A stretch of DNA of 64,000 nt. It comes from Naegleria gruberi (lineage: Eukaryota). The stretch lies in the NCBI GenBank assembly GCA_000004985.1, contig GG738856.1. The stretch is one strand, 5' to 3'. Positions 54,401-64,000 of the stretch are shown here, one piece after another (within the stretch, counting starts at the first letter, position 1; each line of letters starts with the position of its first letter). The translations under genes and the position numbers were made by a program. Under the pieces are notes generated by a model. The model was not told the DNA's origin. It made no database searches and saw only the letters and a list, made by a program, of their open reading frames with translations.

Positions 54401-57400
54401 NNNNNNNNNNNNNNNNNNNNNNNNNNNNNNNNNNNNNNNNNNNNNNNNNNNNNNNNNNNNNNNNNNNNNNNNNNNNNNNNNNNNNNNNNNNNNNNNNNNN
54501 NNNNNNNNNNNNNNNNNNNNNNNNNNNNNNNNNNNNNNNNNNNNNNNNNNNNNNNNNNNNNNNNNNNNNNNNNNNNNNNNNNNNNNNNNNNNNNNNNNNN
54601 NNNNNNNNNNNNNNNNNNNNNNNNNNNNNNNNNNNNNNNNNNNNNNNNNNNNNNNNNNNNNNNNNNNNNNNNNNNNNNNNNNNNNNNNNNNNNNNNNNNN
54701 NNNNNNNNNNNNNNNNNNNNNNNNNNNNNNNNNNNNNNNNNNNNNNNNNNNNNNNNNNNNNNNNNNNNNNNNNNNNNNNNNNNNNNNNNNNNNNNNNNNN
54801 NNNNNNNNNNNNNNNNNNNNNNNNNNNNNNNNNNNNNNNNNNNNNNNNNNNNNNNNNNNNNNNNNNNNNNNNNNNNNNNNNNNNNNNNNNNNNNNNNNNN
54901 NNNNNNNNNNNNNNNNNNNNNNNNNNNNNNNNNNNNNNNNNNNNNNNNNNNNNNNNNNNNNNNNNNNNNNNNNNNNNNNNNNNNNNNNNNNNNNNNNNNN
55001 NNNNNNNNNNNNNNNNNNNNNNNNNNNNNNNNNNNNNNNNNNNNNNNNNNNNNNNNNNNNNNNNNNNNNNNNNNNNNNNNNNNNNNNNNNNNNNNNNNNN
55101 NNNNNNNNNNNNNNNNNNNNNNNNNNNNNNNNNNNNNNNNNNNNNNNNNNNNNNNNNNNNNNNNNNNNNNNNNNNNNNNNNNNNNNNNNNNNNNNNNNNN
55201 NNNNNNNNNNNNNNNNNNNNNNNNNNNNNNNNNNNNNNNNNNNNNNNNNNNNNNNNNNNNNNNNNNNNNNNNNNNNNNNNNNNNNNNNNNNNNNNNNNNN
55301 NNNNNNNNNNNNNNNNNNNNNNNNNNNNNNNNNNNNNNNNNNNNNNNNNNNNNNNNNNNNNNNNNNNNNNNNNNNNNNNNNNNNNNNNNNNNNNNNNNNN
55401 NNNNNNNNNNNNNNNNNNNNNNNNNNNNNNNNNNNNNNNNNNNNNNNNNNNNNNNNNNNNNNNNNNNNNNNNNNNNNNNNNNNNNNNNNNNNNNNNNNNN
55501 NNNNNNNNNNNNNNNNNNNNNNNNNNNNNNNNNNNNNNNNNNNNNNNNNNNNNNNNNNNNNNNNNNNNNNNNNNNNNNNNNNNNNNNNNNNNNNNNNNNN
55601 NNNNNNNNNNNNNNNNNNNNNNNNNNNNNNNNNNNNNNNNNNNNNNNNNNNNNNNNNNNNNNNNNNNNNNNNNNNNNNNNNNNNNNNNNNNNNNNNNNNN
55701 NNNNNNNNNNNNNNNNNNNNNNNNNNNNNNNNNNNNNNNNNNNNNNNNNNNNNNNNNNNNNNNNNNNNNNNNNNNNNNNNNNNNNNNNNNNNNNNNNNNN
55801 NNNNNNNNNNNNNNNNNNNNNNNNNNNNNNNNNNNNNNNNNNNNNNNNNNNNNNNNNNNNNNNNNNNNNNNNNNNNNNNNNNNNNNNNNNNNNNNNNNNN
55901 NNNNNNNNNNNNNNNNNNNNNNNNNNNNNNNNNNNNNNNNNNNNNNNNNNNNNNNNNNNNNNNNNNNNNNNNNNNNNNNNNNNNNNNNNNNNNNNNNNNN
56001 NNNNNNNNNNNNNNNNNNNNNNNNNNNNNNNNNNNNNNNNNNNNNNNNNNNNNNNNNNNNNNNNNNNNNNNNNNNNNNNNNNNNNNNNNNNNNNNNNNNN
56101 NNNNNNNNNNNNNNNNNNNNNNNNNNNNNNNNNNNNNNNNNNNNNNNNNNNNNNNNNNNNNNNNNNNNNNNNNNNNNNNNNNNNNNNNNNNNNNNNNNNN
56201 NNNNNNNNNNNNNNNNNNNNNNNNNNNNNNNNNNNNNNNNNNNNNNNNNNNNNNNNNNNNNNNNNNNNNNNNNNNNNNNNNNNNNNNNNNNNNNNNNNNN
56301 NNNNNNNNNNNNNNNNNNNNNNNNNNNNNNNNNNNNNNNNNNNNNNNNNNNNNNNNNNNNNNNNNNNNNNNNNNNNNNNNNNNNNNNNNNNNNNNNNNNN
56401 NNNNNNNNNNNNNNNNNNNNNNNNNNNNNNNNNNNNNNNNNNNNNNNNNNNNNNNNNNNNNNNNNNNNNNNNNNNNNNNNNNNNNNNNNNNNNNNNNNNN
56501 NNNNNNNNNNNNNNNNNNNNNNNNNNNNNNNNNNNNNNNNNNNNNNNNNNNNNNNNNNNNNNNNNNNNNNNNNNNNNNNNNNNNNNNNNNNNNNNNNNNN
56601 NNNNNNNNNNNNNNNNNNNNNNNNNNNNNNNNNNNNNNNNNNNNNNNNNNNNNNNNNNNNNNNNNNNNNNNNNNNNNNNNNNNNNNNNNNNNNNNNNNNN
56701 NNNNNNNNNNNNNNNNNNNNNNNNNNNNNNNNNNNNNNNNNNNNNNNNNNNNNNNNNNNNNNNNNNNNNNNNNNNNNNNNNNNNNNNNNNNNNNNNNNNN
56801 NNNNNNNNNNNNNNNNNNNNNNNNNNNNNNNNNNNNNNNNNNNNNNNNNNNNNNNNNNNNNNNNNNNNNNNNNNNNNNNNNNNNNNNNNNNNNNNNNNNN
56901 NNNNNNNNNNNNNNNNNNNNNNNNNNNNNNNNNNNNNNNNNNNNNNNNNNNNNNNNNNNNNNNNNNNNNNNNNNNNNNNNNNNNNNNNNNNNNNNNNNNN
57001 NNNNNNNNNNNNNNNNNNNNNNNNNNNNNNNNNNNNNNNNNNNNNNNNNNNNNNNNNNNNNNNNNNNNNNNNNNNNNNNNNNNNNNNNNNNNNNNNNNNN
57101 NNNNNNNNNNNNNNNNNNNNNNNNNNNNNNNNNNNNNNNNNNNNNNNNNNNNNNNNNNNNNNNNNNNNNNNNNNNNNNNNNNNNNNNNNNNNNNNNNNNN
57201 NNNNNNNNNNNNNNNNNNNNNNNNNNNNNNNNNNNNNNNNNNNNNNNNNNNNNNNNNNNNNNNNNNNNNNNNNNNNNNNNNNNNNNNNNNNNNNNNNNNN
57301 NNNNNNNNNNNNNNNNNNNNNNNNNNNNNNNNNNNNNNNNNNNNNNNNNNNNNNNNNNNNNNNNNNNNNNNNNNNNNNNNNNNNNNNNNNNNNNNNNNNN

Positions 57401-60400
57401 NNNNNNNNNNNNNNNNNNNNNNNNNNNNNNNNNNNNNNNNNNNNNNNNNNNNNNNNNNNNNNNNNNNNNNNNNNNNNNNNNNNNNNNNNNNNNNNNNNNN
57501 NNNNNNNNNNNNNNNNNNNNNNNNNNNNNNNNNNNNNNNNNNNNNNNNNNNNNNNNNNNNNNNNNNNNNNNNNNNNNNNNNNNNNNNNNNNNNNNNNNNN
57601 NNNNNNNNNNNNNNNNNNNNNNNNNNNNNNNNNNNNNNNNNNNNNNNNNNNNNNNNNNNNNNNNNNNNNNNNNNNNNNNNNNNNNNNNNNNNNNNNNNNN
57701 NNNNNNNNNNNNNNNNNNNNNNNNNNNNNNNNNNNNNNNNNNNNNNNNNNNNNNNNNNNNNNNNNNNNNNNNNNNNNNNNNNNNNNNNNNNNNNNNNNNN
57801 NNNNNNNNNNNNNNNNNNNNNNNNNNNNNNNNNNNNNNNNNNNNNNNNNNNNNNNNNNNNNNNNNNNNNNNNNNNNNNNNNNNNNNNNNNNNNNNNNNNN
57901 NNNNNNNNNNNNNNNNNNNNNNNNNNNNNNNNNNNNNNNNNNNNNNNNNNNNNNNNNNNNNNNNNNNNNNNNNNNNNNNNNNNNNNNNNNNNNNNNNNNN
58001 NNNNNNNNNNNNNNNNNNNNNNNNNNNNNNNNNNNNNNNNNNNNNNNNNNNNNNNNNNNNNNNNNNNNNNNNNNNNNNNNNNNNNNNNNNNNNNNNNNNN
58101 NNNNNNNNNNNNNNNNNNNNNNNNNNNNNNNNNNNNNNNNNNNNNNNNNNNNNNNNNNNNNNNNNNNNNNNNNNNNNNNNNNNNNNNNNNNNNNNNNNNN
58201 NNNNNNNNNNNNNNNNNNNNNNNNNNNNNNNNNNNNNNNNNNNNNNNNNNNNNNNNNNNNNNNNNNNNNNNNNNNNNNNNNNNNNNNNNNNNNNNNNNNN
58301 NNNNNNNNNNNNNNNNNNNNNNNNNNNNNNNNNNNNNNNNNNNNNNNNNNNNNNNNNNNNNNNNNNNNNNNNNNNNNNNNNNNNNNNNNNNNNNNNNNNN
58401 NNNNNNNNNNNNNNNNNNNNNNNNNNNNNNNNNNNNNNNNNNNNNNNNNNNNNNNNNNNNNNNNNNNNNNNNNNNNNNNNNNNNNNNNNNNNNNNNNNNN
58501 NNNNNNNNNNNNNNNNNNNNNNNNNNNNNNNNNNNNNNNNNNNNNNNNNNNNNNNNNNNNNNNNNNNNNNNNNNNNNNNNNNNNNNNNNNNNNNNNNNNN
58601 NNNNNNNNNNNNNNNNNNNNNNNNNNNNNNNNNNNNNNNNNNNNNNNNNNNNNNNNNNNNNNNNNNNNNNNNNNNNNNNNNNNNNNNNNNNNNNNNNNNN
58701 NNNNNNNNNNNNNNNNNNNNNNNNNNNNNNNNNNNNNNNNNNNNNNNNNNNNNNNNNNNNNNNNNNNNNNNNNNNNNNNNNNNNNNNNNNNNNNNNNNNN
58801 NNNNNNNNNNNNNNNNNNNNNNNNNNNNNNNNNNNNNNNNNNNNNNNNNNNNNNNNNNNNNNNNNNNNNNNNNNNNNNNNNNNNNNNNNNNNNNNNNNNN
58901 NNNNNNNNNNNNNNNNNNNNNNNNNNNNNNNNNNNNNNNNNNNNNNNNNNNNNNNNNNNNNNNNNNNNNNNNNNNNNNNNNNNNNNNNNNNNNNNNNNNN
59001 NNNNNNNNNNNNNNNNNNNNNNNNNNNNNNNNNNNNNNNNNNNNNNNNNNNNNNNNNNNNNNNNNNNNNNNNNNNNNNNNNNNNNNNNNNNNNNNNNNNN
59101 NNNNNNNNNNNNNNNNNNNNNNNNNNNNNNNNNNNNNNNNNNNNNNNNNNNNNNNNNNNNNNNNNNNNNNNNNNNNNNNNNNNNNNNNNNNNNNNNNNNN
59201 NNNNNNNNNNNNNNNNNNNNNNNNNNNNNNNNNNNNNNNNNNNNNNNNNNNNNNNNNNNNNNNNNNNNNNNNNNNNNNNNNNNNNNNNNNNNNNNNNNNN
59301 NNNNNNNNNNNNNNNNNNNNNNNNNNNNNNNNNNNNNNNNNNNNNNNNNNNNNNNNNNNNNNNNNNNNNNNNNNNNNNNNNNNNNNNNNNNNNNNNNNNN
59401 NNNNNNNNNNNNNNNNNNNNNNNNNNNNNNNNNNNNNNNNNNNNNNNNNNNNNNNNNNNNNNNNNNNNNNNNNNNNNNNNNNNNNNNNNNNNNNNNNNNN
59501 NNNNNNNNNNNNNNNNNNNNNNNNNNNNNNNNNNNNNNNNNNNNNNNNNNNNNNNNNNNNNNNNNNNNNNNNNNNNNNNNNNNNNNNNNNNNNNNNNNNN
59601 NNNNNNNNNNNNNNNNNNNNNNNNNNNNNNNNNNNNNNNNNNNNNNNNNNNNNNNNNNNNNNNNNNNNNNNNNNNNNNNNNNNNNNNNNNNNNNNNNNNN
59701 NNNNNNNNNNNNNNNNNNNNNNNNNNNNNNNNNNNNNNNNNNNNNNNNNNNNNNNNNNNNNNNNNNNNNNNNNNNNNNNNNNNNNNNNNNNNNNNNNNNN
59801 NNNNNNNNNNNNNNNNNNNNNNNNNNNNNNNNNNNNNNNNNNNNNNNNNNNNNNNNNNNNNNNNNNNNNNNNNNNNNNNNNNNNNNNNNNNNNNNNNNNN
59901 NNNNNNNNNNNNNNNNNNNNNNNNNNNNNNNNNNNNNNNNNNNNNNNNNNNNNNNNNNNNNNNNNNNNNNNNNNNNNNNNNNNNNNNNNNNNNNNNNNNN
60001 NNNNNNNNNNNNNNNNNNNNNNNNNNNNNNNNNNNNNNNNNNNNNNNNNNNNNNNNNNNNNNNNNNNNNNNNNNNNNNNNNNNNNNNNNNNNNNNNNNNN
60101 NNNNNNNNNNNNNNNNNNNNNNNNNNNNNNNNNNNNNNNNNNNNNNNNNNNNNNNNNNNNNNNNNNNNNNNNNNNNNNNNNNNNNNNNNNNNNNNNNNNN
60201 NNNNNNNNNNNNNNNNNNNNNNNNNNNNNNNNNNNNNNNNNNNNNNNNNNNNNNNNNNNNNNNNNNNNNNNNNNNNNNNNNNNNNNNNNNNNNNNNNNNN
60301 NNNNNNNNNNNNNNNNNNNNNNNNNNNNNNNNNNNNNNNNNNNNNNNNNNNNNNNNNNNNNNNNNNNNNNNNNNNNNNNNNNNNNNNNNNNNNNNNNNNN

Positions 60401-63089
60401 NNNNNNNNNNNNNNNNNNNNNNNNNNNNNNNNNNNNNNNNNNNNNNNNNNNNNNNNNNNNNNNNNNNNNNNNNNNNNNNNNNNNNNNNNNNNNNNNNNNN
60501 NNNNNNNNNNNNNNNNNNNNNNNNNNNNNNNNNNNNNNNNNNNNNNNNNNNNNNNNNNNNNNNNNNNNNNNNNNNNNNNNNNNNNNNNNNNNNNNNNNNN
60601 NNNNNNNNNNNNNNNNNNNNNNNNNNNNNNNNNNNNNNNNNNNNNNNNNNNNNNNNNNNNNNNNNNNNNNNNNNNNNNNNNNNNNNNNNNNNNNNNNNNN
60701 NNNNNNNNNNNNNNNNNNNNNNNNNNNNNNNNNNNNNNNNNNNNNNNNNNNNNNNNNNNNNNNNNNNNNNNNNNNNNNNNNNNNNNNNNNNNNNNNNNNN
60801 NNNNNNNNNNNNNNNNNNNNNNNNNNNNNNNNNNNNNNNNNNNNNNNNNNNNNNNNNNNNNNNNNNNNNNNNNNNNNNNNNNNNNNNNNNNNNNNNNNNN
60901 NNNNNNNNNNNNNNNNNNNNNNNNNNNNNNNNNNNNNNNNNNNNNNNNNNNNNNNNNNNNNNNNNNNNNNNNNNNNNNNNNNNNNNNNNNNNNNNNNNNN
61001 NNNNNNNNNNNNNNNNNNNNNNNNNNNNNNNNNNNNNNNNNNNNNNNNNNNNNNNNNNNNNNNNNNNNNNNNNNNNNNNNNNNNNNNNNNNNNNNNNNNN
61101 NNNNNNNNNNNNNNNNNNNNNNNNNNNNNNNNNNNNNNNNNNNNNNNNNNNNNNNNNNNNNNNNNNNNNNNNNNNNNNNNNNNNNNNNNNNNNNNNNNNN
61201 NNNNNNNNNNNNNNNNNNNNNNNNNNNNNNNNNNNNNNNNNNNNNNNNNNNNNNNNNNNNNNNNNNNNNNNNNNNNNNNNNNNNNNNNNNNNNNNNNNNN
61301 NNNNNNNNNNNNNNNNNNNNNNNNNNNNNNNNNNNNNNNNNNNNNNNNNNNNNNNNNNNNNNNNNNNNNNNNNNNNNNNNNNNNNNNNNNNNNNNNNNNN
61401 NNNNNNNNNNNNNNNNNNNNNNNNNNNNNNNNNNNNNNNNNNNNNNNNNNNNNNNNNNNNNNNNNNNNNNNNNNNNNNNNNNNNNNNNNNNNNNNNNNNN
61501 NNNNNNNNNNNNNNNNNNNNNNNNNNNNNNNNNNNNNNNNNNNNNNNNNNNNNNNNNNNNNNNNNNNNNNNNNNNNNNNNNNNNNNNNNNNNNNNNNNNN
61601 NNNNNNNNNNNNNNNNNNNNNNNNNNNNNNNNNNNNNNNNNNNNNNNNNNNNNNNNNNNNNNNNNNNNNNNNNNNNNNNNNNNNNNNNNNNNNNNNNNNN
61701 NNNNNNNNNNNNNNNNNNNNNNNNNNNNNNNNNNNNNNNNNNNNNNNNNNNNNNNNNNNNNNNNNNNNNNNNNNNNNNNNNNNNNNNNNNNNNNNNNNNN
61801 NNNNNNNNNNNNNNNNNNNNNNNNNNNNNNNNNNNNNNNNNNNNNNNNNNNNNNNNNNNNNNNNNNNNNNNNNNNNNNNNNNNNNNNNNNNNNNNNNNNN
61901 NNNNNNNNNNNNNNNNNNNNNNNNNNNNNNNNNNNNNNNNNNNNNNNNNNNNNNNNNNNNNNNNNNNNNNNNNNNNNNNNNNNNNNNNNNNNNNNNNNNN
62001 NNNNNNNNNNNNNNNNNNNNNNNNNNNNNNNNNNNNNNNNNNNNNNNNNNNNNNNNNNNNNNNNNNNNNNNNNNNNNNNNNNNNNNNNNNNNNNNNNNNN
62101 NNNNNNNNNNNNNNNNNNNNNNNNNNNNNNNNNNNNNNNNNNNNNNNNNNNNNNNNNNNNNNNNNNNNNNNNNNNNNNNNNNNNNNNNNNNNNNNNNNNN
62201 NNNNNNNNNNNNNNNNNNNNNNNNNNNNNNNNNNNNNNNNNNNNNNNNNNNNNNNNNNNNNNNNNNNNNNNNNNNNNNNNNNNNNNNNNNNNNNNNNNNN
62301 NNNNNNNNNNNNNNNNNNNNNNNNNNNNNNNNNNNNNNNNNNNNNNNNNNNNNNNNNNNNNNNNNNNNNNNNNNNNNNNNNNNNNNNNNNNNNNNNNNNN
62401 NNNNNNNNNNNNNNNNNNNNNNNNNNNNNNNNNNNNNNNNNNNNNNNNNNNNNNNNNNNNNNNNNNNNNNNNNNNNNNNNNNNNNNNNNNNNNNNNNNNN
62501 NNNNNNNNNNNNNNNNNNNNNNNNNNNNNNNNNNNNNNNNNNNNNNNNNNNNNNNNNNNNNNNNNNNNNNNNNNNNNNNNNNNNNNNNNNNNNNNNNNNN
62601 NNNNNNNNNNNNNNNNNNNNNNNNNNNNNNNNNNNNNNNNNNNNNNNNNNNNNNNNNNNNNNNNNNNNNNNNNNNNNNNNNNNNNNNNNNNNNNNNNNNN
62701 NNNNNNNNNNNNNNNNNNNNNNNNNNNNNNNNNNNNNNNNNNNNNNNNNNNNNNNNNNNNNNNNNNNNNNNNNNNNNNNNNNNNNNNNNNNNNNNNNNNN
62801 NNNNNNNNNNNNNNNNNNNNNNNNNNNNNNNNNNNNNNNNNNNNNNNNNNNNNNNNNNNNNNNNNNNNNNNNNNNNNNNNNNNNNNNNNNNNNNNNNNNN
62901 NNNNNNNNNNNNNNNNNNNNNNNNNNNNNNNNNNNNNNNNNNNNNNNNNNNNNNNNNNNNNNNNNNNNNNNNNNNNNNNNNNNNNNNNNNNNNNNNNNNN
63001 NNNNNNNNNNNNNNNNNNNNNNNNNNNNNNNNNNNNNNNNNNNNNNNNNNNNNNNNNNNNNNNNNNNNNNNNNNNNNNNNNNNNNNNNN
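51437..63089. other. assembly gap (N run, 11.65 kb)
   Basis: Contiguous N characters. Confidence 0.99.
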
Positions 63090-63551
63090 GTATCAAGTGG
63101 ATCAGCCATGTACCATGAAATGATATGGATGATCTTCAAAATCATATAGATATATTTAATTATCATGTATAGATGTATTGGAAGTGAATTGAAGTGGTAT
63201 AGATTTCTATCTTCAATGTTAGTATAGGTCAGTTGACAAGTTGAATAGTTAATTTCCTTAGATGATTCCACAGTACCTGAAATTGATACATGTTGTTACT
63301 AACATGATTTATAAGGTGATGTATTGATTTGAATTGATTTAGAAATGTATTCATTGACATTCTTATTGTCTAATCCATTATATGAAGTTCAATTGTGTAA
63401 GTCATTATAATGATGTAATATTATGTTATTATATGATTATATATTCAATTTGGAGTATATTGATATATAATATATTGATTTATAATGAGTATTTATTGAG
63501 ATAATTAATTAAGATGAATAAAAGTAAAAATGTTGGGTCTGACCTTAGTCG

Positions 63552-64000
63552 TGGGTTTGGGTTTGGGTTTGGGTTTGGGTTTGGGTTTGGGTTTGGGTTT
63601 GGGTTTGGGTTTGGGTTTGGGTTTGGGTTTGGATTTGGGTTTGGGTTTGGGTTTGGGTTTGGGTTTGGGTTTGGGTTTGGGTTTGGGTTTGGGTTTGGGT
63701 TTGGGTTTGGGTTTGGGTTTGGGTTTGGGTTTGGGTTTGGGTTTGGGTTTGGGTTTGGGTTTGGGTTTGGGTTTGGGTTTGGGTTTGGGTTTGGGTTTGG
63801 GTTTGGGTTTGGGTTTGGGTTTGGGTTTGGGTTTGGGTTTGGGTTTGGGTTTGGGTTTGGGTTTGGGTTTGGGTTTGGGTTTGGGTTTGGGTTTGGGTTT
63901 GGGTTTGGGTTTGGGTTTGGGTTTGGGTTTGGGTTTGGGCCTGGGTTTGGGTTTGGGTTTGGGTTTGGGCCTGGGTTTGGGTTTGGGTTTGGGTTTGGGA
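63552..64000 (+). repeat. telomeric repeat array (TTTGGG)n, G-rich strand 5'->3' toward the window end, about 75 units with rare variants (GGATTT, GGGCCT)
   Basis: A perfect hexamer tandem array starts after GACCTTAGTCGT and continues to the last base. Orientation and composition fit a right-end telomere. It is preceded by 460 bp of AT-rich non-coding subtelomeric sequence (63090..63551). Confidence 0.85.

Noticed and set aside
51228-63271. Three multi-kb ORFs (3973, 3954 and 3889 aa) on both strands spanning 51.2-63.3 kb
   Set aside because: They consist almost entirely of X from the 11.65-kb N-run (51437..63089). They are an artefact of translating N, not real genes.
1-64000. Searched for prokaryotic-style features (CRISPR arrays, operons, defence islands), transposons and rRNA
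   Set aside because: The gene structures are eukaryotic (introns, signal peptides, F-box/LRR, telomere). No direct-repeat/spacer arrays, no IS/transposase or reverse-transcriptase ORFs, and no rRNA-like segments were seen.

Overview
The window is nuclear DNA from an AT-rich (about 65-70% AT) unicellular eukaryote that uses the standard genetic code. It is gene-dense and carries short spliceosomal introns of about 41-136 nt, mostly with GTAAGT or GTATGT donors. It ends on the right in a telomeric (TTTGGG)n array, so it represents the right arm terminus of a chromosome or scaffold. There are four N-gaps, at 11129..11330, 42504..42952, 45642..49534 and 51437..63089. The gene content is F-box/LRR and EGF-repeat proteins, a Rho GTPase, a G-alpha subunit, a saposin-like secreted protein, HSP20 and a receptor-cyclase-like domain. 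This is most compatible with an amoebozoan- or heterolobosean-like protist, but the taxon cannot be fixed from the sequence alone. I support about 30 protein-coding genes, three tRNAs (Pro-TGG, Ser-AGA, Asn-GTT), one frameshifted repeat gene, the telomere, and several hand-derived exon-intron models. The most interesting observations are these. (1) A very large minus-strand locus is split by gaps: tandem tenascin/laminin-type EGF repeats at 49535..51436 lie upstream of a class-III nucleotidyl-cyclase homology domain at 44445..45641, which may be one receptor-cyclase-like gene. (2) A spliced gene model joins a NEK-like Ser/Thr kinase, an F-box motif and a GNAT acetyltransferase-like domain. (3) A CoA-transferase family III gene and an AtuA-like (DUF1446) gene are transcribed divergently from a shared 0.5-kb region. 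(4) Two paralogues of an uncharacterised polyQ/F-box-like family are present. (5) There is a stand-alone TFIIB-type zinc-ribbon ORF. (6) There is a secreted cytokinin-dehydrogenase-like FAD oxidase. The multi-kb ORFs reported across the gaps are artefacts of the N-runs. No prokaryotic-style defence island, CRISPR array or obvious transposon was seen.
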